A stretch of DNA of 62,626 nt, filler included, from Vannella sp. (lineage: Eukaryota): the NCBI GenBank assembly GCA_023345925.1. It is 7 parts of 7 records of this genome, joined end to end, with 100 filler letters (N's around TTAATTAATTAA, not from the genome) between each part and the next. Parts side by side here need not be neighbours in the genome. Positions count along the whole stretch, not along the records: positions 50,330 to 62,626 come from JAJQQN010001347.1; 6 more parts are not named here. The stretch is one strand, 5' to 3'. The notes beneath the pieces were generated by a model. The model was not told the DNA's origin. It made no database searches and worked only from the letters and a program-made list of their open reading frames with translations. Made by a program: the position numbers and the translations under genes. Positions 56,501-62,626 of the stretch are shown piece after piece. How positions within the stretch are numbered: the stretch's first letter is position 1; each line of letters starts with the position of its first letter.

Positions 56501-59500
56501 GCTCGCAAACTTACAAGACAACTTGTCTCGGGGAAGCGCTGGATAGTACCTCTGAACCACCTGCAGCTGAAGGTAGAGGCTGTTCTGACAATCATTCAGC
56601 GCTTGGAAGTCGATATTTTTGCCTATGGATCAGATTCGAAAGCAATCAAACTCAATGCAGCTCAATGTAGGCTAGTTCGGGACCTCATTGCTTGCCAGCC
56701 AGACTCTGTTGGTGCCATTATATCGTGCACCAAGCGCCTATTGAGAAGGATTTCTAATGAAGAAAAGGACCTCAGAGAATGCACCTCTTGGCTTCGCACT
56801 ATCATTCAAACCCTTCCGTTCGAGAGTACATTGGCCAGTGAAATAGCTGAACTCTTATCTTTCCTGGTGTGTAACTCAACAGTGCCTGATGGAGCCCGAG
56901 CCATAGCCGCTATTCTCTTATCAATCTTCTTGGAAAACGCAAGAGCGAGCGGGCAACATTCAGAGGTAGTCCAGGGCCCTTTAGCAAAGAAAATGCATGA
57001 GCGTTTGCCCAGAATGATAGAGATTCAGTGCTCCAAAGAAGTAGAAAACCACCCAGTATTTGACGCCTCAACCTTCCTACGGAATTTGGCTGCTATCTTT
57101 GTACAGCTGCATCGGGACTTACCTTTGACAGAATGCCCTCTCATTACGAAAGGGGATTACTTGTACCCATTCTTGGTGCTAGCCCGAACTGCAGAAAGCT
57201 TTGCAAATGGGTCTACATTGCCTGCAGAGTTTTGCGAGTTATCTGCTTCTTACTTTCCAAAGGAAGCTGCCATTCAGGGAGATGTTTCATTGTATCTCCG
57301 GCTCTCGTTGGACAATGCGGCTTGGACAAAATCCATGGATGGGGCACTGATGGAATGGTTTGAGTCTCGACCAGAGGATTGGAAAGAGACTGTTCAGGTG
57401 TACCTTTGGGGTAAAGGCACCGAAGGACAACTAGGCAAAGCTTCCTCCTGCTCAGAACCCAAATATTCCCCAGAGTTCAGTTTCAGAGCCCCGATACAAA
57501 TTGCAAGTGGAATGGACTGCACATTTGTCTTGAATGCCGAAGGCCTCGTCTTCGCAACTGGGCAAAATAGCAATGGAGCTCTTGGCTTAGGAGATGACAA
57601 ACCTCGCCATGAACTCTGCCAGGTACGGTTCCCTTCAAGGCCTGATTTGCGAGTTTCATCTATTTCCGCTTCTCATGATGGAGAACGGGGCAGCTATGCC
57701 GTTGCAGTTGACGATGAGTTGCAGGTGTGGTCGTGGGGATTAGGTAAAAATGGCCAATTAGGACGTGATGAAGTGCTGTCAGCCACTCCTATGCTTATTC
57801 CTTCACTGCGAGAGGCTCAAGTGATTTCAGTCAGCTGTGGAGCCCACCATTGCGCTGCAATCACTCATGATGGGCAAGTATACACTTGGGGATTGAATGC
57901 ACTTGTTGGCCGTGAAACCAGTACCGGACATGAGCCTGGATTGGTCGTCTTCCCTGAGGGACACGAATGCATTGTGCAGTCGATTGCTTGCGGTTCCGAC
58001 CACACACTTGCTCTGACAGATTCCGCCGTTTGGGCCTGGGGAGAAAACAAGGCTGGGCAACTTGGCTTGGGACACACCTCCTCAAGTACGACCCCTCAGA
58101 TGTGCTTGCTTCCCGAATCTGTTTGCTCAGTGCAGGTCTTAGCTGGAGAGCATTGGTCAGCCGTCCTTTCATCTTGTGGAGAGCTTTATGCGTTTGGAAC
58201 AAACCAATTTGGAGTCATGGGAGTTACTGAAGCTGCATTCAGGCACTCCCCAGAGCCGTTGACCTCAATTTCTTTGCTGGCAGAAGCAGTCAATGGACCT
58301 CGCTTTATCATTGCGCGCACAACCAATGACGAAGTCTACACTTGGGGCTCGAATGATCATGGAGAGCTTGGAGTGGGCACACAGGGGACGTCGTTCCTTC
58401 CTATTCCACTTCATATTCCTTCAGGACTCTCTTTGAAGAGCATTGCAGCTGGCTGTAACCATTCCTTCATGGTGATAGAGGCAAAGGATCAAACGTCGCT
58501 CTATCCTGAACAAGTGCCTGTTCAATACTCCATGTTATCCCAGATACCAGCATCTCAACTACGAGCACGTTTGTATTGGCTCCGCGCGTTCTCGCGGGTC
58601 TTCGTTAGCAGGCAGTGTCTTACTCCTGACTTCATCGATTCTACTACAGTTTCAATGGGACTGAGGCAGCAATTTTGGAGGATTCAAAAAGAGCACGCGT
58701 TGAGTTACTTCAAAGGAGTCTTGGATTGTGTGATTCCTCGAACTCCGAGCAGTGGTCCTACTGTCAAGCTCCAAAGACTCTCTTTGGATGGAAAAAGTAA
58801 ACCTCCTGCGGTCTTTGAGCAAATGTTGCAGTTTGCTCTGTCAGATGTTCCAGATCTTGATGAACTGCGACCTGCAAGAGCTTGGCAAGTTGCATTTGTT
58901 GGTGAAAGCTCAGTGGATATTGGTGGCCCCTTCAGAGAGTCACTATCGGCCATGTGCAGCGAACTTCAGGGTCTTGGACTTACGAATCCAGTGGTAGAGG
59001 CCACTCCCAATCGGAAAGCGAAGAGCGGGCCAAGTCAAGATGCGATAATGCCAATTCCTTTCTCGAATGCTCCAGGCAAAGGGCCTCTTCAGGTCCGGCT
59101 TTACTTCTTGGGCATTTTCTTGGCTGTTGGTCTTCGCTCCCAAACTCCGCTTTCCCTCCGCTTCCCTCTTTTATTTTGGAAGATTCTGTTGCGAAGACCA
59201 ATTGAAGAAGCTGATATTTGCGAGATAGACGAAAGTTTTTATCAGCGCCACCTACATTTAAGGAATATTGACGATTCCTTTGGCGCAGACAACTTTGAGG
59301 AGCTCTCTTTGGAAGAATTCGTCCCCATCGCACTTTCAGAGCATAAGCGGATTGTTCTTTCGTTTTCTAATCGCTGTGAATACGTCACAGCTGCTTTTAA
59401 ACAGATTCTTCACAAGTGGGATGAGTCTCTTGACATCATCCGGAATGGATTGGATCGATTACTGCCGTTGAATGCGATAAGATTCTTCTCTCCCAACGAC

Positions 59501-59869
59501 TTGGAGGTTCTCGTGTGCGGGCGCGCTCAAATGGACTGGCAAGTCCTAAAAGCAAGTACTGTTTATAAGGGCTTCAAGAGAGACTCAGAACATATCACTT
59601 GGCTCTGGGAGATCCTCGAAGAAATGGATCACGAGCAAAGTGAACAGTTTTTACGATTTGTGTGGGGAAGGACTCGCCTGCCCGATTCGGCAGCTCAAAT
59701 GAGCGACACCTTTAAGATTCAAAGTGCTCCAGGTGGAGACTCGCCCCTACCTCATGCGTCAACGTGTTTCTTCCAATTGTACCTCCCTTGTTACAGCAGC
59801 AAGGAACTCATGAGAACCAAACTTCATTATGCTATTCGCTACTGTGGCCTCATTGACACCGACCGATAA
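50537..59869 (+). CDS. Large HERC-type E3 ligase: two RCC1-like repeat clusters plus C-terminal HECT, 3110 aa, intronless
   Basis: RCC1 repeats (WSWGCGQFGQVGH, VACGDAHSLAL, WAWGENKAGQLGLG). HECT FVGESSVDIGGPFRES..FLRFVWGRTRLP..LPHASTCFFQLYLPCY with catalytic Cys. Confidence 0.9.
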   Translation: MGSHPLFLWMTGKSHSNWSALLLSEVLWDEQRVKALLKEEDCPDLRFLKNAEVPLLSLNFLLASTPSEEFLRYYSNAQFQRQMRAERSPLVKKAEDIPRLLLCVARHLKSLLNYETPQRKQKEENESIHLPSVVWETAFAIYCCLMRSSSSLLTNSRPQGAFTTSRSPTDMFPSLALYSNAAGASRMRELLRSCELVITRDCGREAWIQCSAALQHLALRRGTLAAQKGVLSANTEQVVTPNMGRHFPGLQSLYRICLSQESTEEELVAMAVLECAASTARVLSNLDFQSPSLTAGSVVYGLGLNDTKDIGLSSNEFTLMQEVTELNAVDLRAGKDCLLLLDANGTLWARGSGREGRLGLRTTADQSSFMRIALRLPIQCFDVSRFGGGHGLAIDRDGFIWSWGCGQFGQVGHMKLETVVVPRRIPSLGVHFVQVACGDAHSLALSQNGLAFSWGDDGLSRAAAQLSPLPVNGLINISGVFAGARHSFALVEDPSGGFVWGWGSNAHSQLGLSASESSVSTPQKLLQGYQIKMLAGGLTYSLALNERGGAFFFGTLNGKCTPLPSPVVELDLIPISSVAAGQDVCVFISEDLQVYAWGGSLLGDSLVEPKLISHLSGLRQASISSSAILLNSLPTKKKSKSKKVYWWTGSFLSTLLKKHQSVISIIRDVGICGPSEDQMSELEIALQLLRLILVQTAASEVHTLDQEVETNIREFLTQLCGCDNLPFSTTQACRCIIEESWKLVWAGLLPRFILLATLLARQCEVEGSEVAKQLMAQLVPSLVQSNSFAIFLGLPFPNESRSLVKASEGSLWEILKMSLQGLHRHSISRLRGEANEEDTEGPFFLLLSYLVPRLTGAVVKLRENDYLESVCVKMVELMAAHSCELVECIEQQICEPNHCATLLDELWPYTLAALHLARRELLVLLRAALRKALFALSSYRFIACAISSLLGELNSRSLVPHYDQEAGEARTLMSSLLFTHGMESRAALSEKELALQRFSRATEPEDPSFHCIEAYARQQMLLTSQCETYPPLRLFVCSLVAAISKASGVDNLLAKLSSRKSSIESTHLRHIIQQVYLARGALLIQMSDQMDLETAVEVSENSESDIVDDEIRFKRECAILEQLARPMIERSWFLIDNVRPAILRNSQVHSLADSPLTTTSGFITPSRRKFDLRASLSTTEEAGSPISLRASFNGNMESLSSSVKSQKSRDEEITEDLILSEVLAFVKGSQDLEMLSTAAAIHFLQEHQVTEALNELADDLDWMTRERVPLFARCTLVQASLGQIEITDTFHMDESIVKEQDVVLAVQRLFVPLYRTLQTLIHADTGERIYCILAFFQMVAFLVHTFKQSPSDFFYTACVAYAVRDGANALPVSVPVCGAISICVSTFSQNPACSYELGQALGALYEIISQSAPKQYTLSSFIGILQCNTAAPAVRRFLSEAKWVDLLLSLVDGWESDVQMNCVQLLRSALPEIPNEANNWKRIHATTEQLFRLLEDEEMNHYSEILVRVDGADHILSLSDDTEPLVTITWPANSPLCDYLGQGIDFDCPECDLANHSILIEIDILQWPKGTNLRLIIRDYNGSKVADLVENGLVEGANYKILIQPAGPGQDQAIVASQQSGPFEEIRKISVAKAVGSPTFWLAATVPEPQILAEHRAQFRFKNPKVSTFRPSVSLFPRAAVIQAVSQTLRELHGLPQWRTFINSHIQKVLSAPQPTCSITKRLGVVRMIGGLFGGCYCGGVADTPEGIVTVQYMGLSDSGSDTVLTHGPGKPVAVHSKAGLRLIDEEILQASHLPLSEEILRSLCQSISDSIRPIATWSEGLGHIASLKALSAYMSSTHARTSLLDIFSKEPALEHQLLSLANSPTQMTVCWSAEHLELAIFNTVGSIKEMHPFGPSHDETESNVDPRIWLQPPAPETEPPPINWNQFLQEIVNQEIEYLETHLSQREVTQRSSWGEVANLREKASNATLDTKCQLLLILQSELLSLLARKLTRQLVSGKRWIVPLNHLQLKVEAVLTIIQRLEVDIFAYGSDSKAIKLNAAQCRLVRDLIACQPDSVGAIISCTKRLLRRISNEEKDLRECTSWLRTIIQTLPFESTLASEIAELLSFLVCNSTVPDGARAIAAILLSIFLENARASGQHSEVVQGPLAKKMHERLPRMIEIQCSKEVENHPVFDASTFLRNLAAIFVQLHRDLPLTECPLITKGDYLYPFLVLARTAESFANGSTLPAEFCELSASYFPKEAAIQGDVSLYLRLSLDNAAWTKSMDGALMEWFESRPEDWKETVQVYLWGKGTEGQLGKASSCSEPKYSPEFSFRAPIQIASGMDCTFVLNAEGLVFATGQNSNGALGLGDDKPRHELCQVRFPSRPDLRVSSISASHDGERGSYAVAVDDELQVWSWGLGKNGQLGRDEVLSATPMLIPSLREAQVISVSCGAHHCAAITHDGQVYTWGLNALVGRETSTGHEPGLVVFPEGHECIVQSIACGSDHTLALTDSAVWAWGENKAGQLGLGHTSSSTTPQMCLLPESVCSVQVLAGEHWSAVLSSCGELYAFGTNQFGVMGVTEAAFRHSPEPLTSISLLAEAVNGPRFIIARTTNDEVYTWGSNDHGELGVGTQGTSFLPIPLHIPSGLSLKSIAAGCNHSFMVIEAKDQTSLYPEQVPVQYSMLSQIPASQLRARLYWLRAFSRVFVSRQCLTPDFIDSTTVSMGLRQQFWRIQKEHALSYFKGVLDCVIPRTPSSGPTVKLQRLSLDGKSKPPAVFEQMLQFALSDVPDLDELRPARAWQVAFVGESSVDIGGPFRESLSAMCSELQGLGLTNPVVEATPNRKAKSGPSQDAIMPIPFSNAPGKGPLQVRLYFLGIFLAVGLRSQTPLSLRFPLLFWKILLRRPIEEADICEIDESFYQRHLHLRNIDDSFGADNFEELSLEEFVPIALSEHKRIVLSFSNRCEYVTAAFKQILHKWDESLDIIRNGLDRLLPLNAIRFFSPNDLEVLVCGRAQMDWQVLKASTVYKGFKRDSEHITWLWEILEEMDHEQSEQFLRFVWGRTRLPDSAAQMSDTFKIQSAPGGDSPLPHASTCFFQLYLPCYSSKELMRTKLHYAIRYCGLIDTDR

Positions 59870-59879
59870 TCACTCATAA

Positions 59880-59900
59880 TAAACCCTAAACCCTAAACCC
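59880..59900. repeat. Interstitial telomere-like repeat (TAAACCC)x3
   Basis: TAAACCCTAAACCCTAAACCC, a rotation of the reverse complement of TTTAGGG. Confidence 0.7.
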
Positions 59901-60017
59901 TTCATCCAAACCACTTTCCGCCAGAACGCATTTCCCCTCCCTCCTTACCGAACTGGAATGCCAGCCTCTATTCTAAAGATCTGGATGGAAGGAAGACTTG
60001 TTTGGAGCCTTTTTTTG

Positions 60018-61941
60018 ATGAGCGCTTTGGCGGGGTTGGCGTTGAGGTTGAAGATTGTCCATGACAAGACGGCTGTTCTCTTCTCTGTTGCGTCACCAGA
60101 GACTACTTCAGTAAGTGGGGTTGGATGATTCACTCGGAGATGATTGATGAGGAAGAGGGAAGGTGGCTCTTCTGCGAAAGCTGATTGGAGAGGAACTGAG
60201 TGCATTGGAGGGGACAGAGGTCATTGTAAAGCAGTTGCAAACCTCTGATGCATTTCTTGTCCTCGAGAACGAGTGCGTCTCGGCTATTCTTCGCGACAAC
60301 GACACTCTTCGCGCCGTCGACATGGCGGCATTCATGCAGCAAGAGTACAAGTAAGCCTCAACCGCTCCCTGTAGTCTTAATTCACATTTCTGTAGACTCT
60401 GTAAACCTGCTGAGTACCAGTTCGGCTCCAGTGACTGGAACAGCGACAAGTATACGAAGTTCCTTGTCGGTGTGCATCAGCACAACCAAGTCTACGTCGC
60501 CCTGCTCGAGTCGAACAAGCTTGTGCACTTGGAATTGCTGCGAGAAGGTCCTATCTGTTCTCTCCTGAAGGTAAGGAGAATTCCCTCTCGGAGTATCTGT
60601 GAGGAATCGCTCAACGGTTCGAAGGGGACCGATGTGGCGTGTCTACTTGAACGTTGCCAAGTTCTGGAAGGTGATGAGAAGTTCTCTACTTCAGCGAAGG
60701 CAGAGATATGCGTTGGAGAAGGCTCTTCCCAATTCAACTTGCTCCTCAGCCTCCAATCTTCCTCTGACGCACAGCCAACGAAGCATACCGTGGTGATTAA
60801 CCTCTCTGGCACTCCTAAGATCATTGAGAGCAAGCAAACTCAACCAGCCTTCGAGAATTGGCTCCAAAAAGAACCATCAAGGCCGCTTCCCACTCCTCCA
60901 ATGGATGCAGGAAACGGACTTCCAGATGTCATTCGATCCGAAGTTGGTACCACTTCAGGCGGTGTGACCGAATCTGAGGTTGGGGACCTGAAAATCACAC
61001 AAATGCCTTCCGAAGGAGGACTGCGAGTGAATGTCTGCCAAACGTATGGCTCTGATGACACTATCAACGTCCTCTATGATGCCCAATTTCTGGTCGTCAA
61101 CACCTCTGATAAGCCCTGCAGCATTCCCAAGGTCACTAGTGAGTATTTGTCCTCGGAGGGACAATGGATCCCCTTCGATAGGACTCTGGTTGGCGCTCCT
61201 GTGCGCAACTACCACTACAGCTGGAACGACAACCCTTACACGGATATTCCTCCAAACTCAACCTCGAGCATTGCTCTTGGAGCTCAGATTGTGAACCGAT
61301 TAGGCGCGATGACGAGCCGCCAGCGACGGTAAGTCACTTCTGCTCGACATACTTCGAACTGAATGTAGTTTAAGTACTCCCCCGGGGCTACCTCAGCCAA
61401 TGCGTATTCGCTTTACTCTTTACCAGCGTGATGGAGAGGTGAACGTGCTTGAAGTTGAACAGATCAATGAGGAGCTTGAACTGCCCACCTGCGAACAGAA
61501 CGACCTTATTGGATTCACTGTGATGACGAAGAGACACTCACACGTCACATTTTCAGGGTAAGGAACATCACCGAAGAGAATCTTGCCACTGAGCCGTTCT
61601 CAGGTGCAGCAACCCCAACACGATTACTTGCAAGTTTTTTATGACGGAAGTTCTTCCAAGTACTTCTACTTTAACGACTGGCAGAAGCTTGCGTGGCAGG
61701 CAACCAAAGAAGGGCAAAGCGAATTTCTCATCGAAGAAGTGTCTTTCAAAAAAGGTGAGTTTCTCACTTACTCTTGACATCTTGGCTGATTGGACCAGAT
61801 TCCTACCATTCTTGTTGTCAACAAGTTTCTGCACTAGTTGATCTGGAGAAGGGCTTCGTTTATGGGCTGAAAGTGGAAATGCAAACCAAATCCAATTCTA
61901 GATGCCGCTACTTTTCTCTTCCTGTTTTAGTGCCTAAATAG
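60018..61941 (+). CDS. Hypothetical multi-exon protein
   Basis: Open exons (60163-60349, about 60396-61328 and later) separated by GTAAGT/GTAAGC/GTAAGG/GTGAGT donors; likely end ..PVLVPK*. Exon model is approximate. Confidence 0.55.
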
Positions 61942-62626
61942 AGGCTATCTTTTCTTTCTTGTTGTAATTTTTAGTGATTTATTGGGCGAGTCCGGCCCTC
62001 ATTCTTGCAACAAAAGACTGACACGGAAGATGAATGAGCAGCCACATTCTCGACGAGAGTCGAAGGAAAGGGATCTCAGCGAGACTCACAATGAATTCCG
62101 GGTTCGATTGACAGTGGAATCACTAAACGCACCCCTCAGAGTGCTGCATCGTCATTGTCACGAAACCTCGACCACAAAGCCTGTGGGGAAATAGTCGAGG
62201 AAATTGAGCGGCGTTGAGAGCAAGTTGGGTGGATTTACCACTGCCAGAGACTCTGTTGCACAGCCGTGGCTGGCGAAAACCCGACTGGGTCGAACAGTCG
62301 TGCCCGCTGATCTGCAAACACGGGGAAATGGGAATGAGATCACTGGTCAATTCCGTCACTCAAAAGACAACTGTGTTGGAAGCATGAATCGAAAAGCGCT
62401 TCTTATTTTATCTCCTTTTTTTTCTTTTTTTTTTTCTTTTTTTCCCCCCTTTTTTGAAGGTCATTTTTGTGCAGGATTTTCTCGAGTTTAACTGGGCCCT
62501 GAATTCTCCCTTCCGAAGAGAATGCGTTGGAGGTCTCTTGGAGGGGAGTTGGAGAATCATTCTTTTCTTGCCTTCCAAGAGCGATGATCGGGACAGCGGC
62601 TCAGGTCGTTCTGTCTCTGCTCGTCG

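Noticed and set aside
62400..62460. T-rich tract as a terminator or retroelement tail
   Set aside because: Low-complexity intergenic sequence with no element body or target-site duplication visible.

Overview
This window is not one locus. It is seven contigs (1-6297, 6398-11381, 11482-15679, 15780-22154, 22255-40169, 40270-50229, 50330-62626) joined by artificial 100-nt linkers (N-run, TTAATTAATTAA, N-run), so synteny holds only within a contig. The DNA is nuclear sequence from a gene-dense microbial eukaryote, plausibly an amoebozoan or other heterotrophic protist (inferred from gene repertoire). It uses the standard genetic code, short intergenic regions and mostly 43-60 nt spliceosomal introns. 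About 28 genes can be rebuilt by hand, including PGS1, an FBXO11-like F-box protein, a phage-type mitochondrial RNA polymerase, AP-2 sigma, 3R-Myb, PAN2, an RNF213-like AAA+ protein, PuuE allantoinase, ING, phytochelatin synthase, PAK, GBA2, MIA40, USP16/45, a Sec7-PH Arf-GEF, MSH2 and a large HERC ligase. The strongest leads are: (1) an intronless, bacterial-type macrodomain-like + SIR2 protein resembling prokaryotic NADase immune effectors; (2) a spliced gene missed by the ORF track, encoding a mitochondrial-type presequence plus four tandem PC4-like ssDNA-binding domains; (3) a degenerate RNF213-like ATPase with no E3 module; (4) a Rab-FYVE fusion; (5) ruler-like 3' splice-site choice; (6) tandem MSA and E2F-like sites upstream of the 3R-Myb gene. 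All family calls rest on motif recognition by eye; no searches were run.
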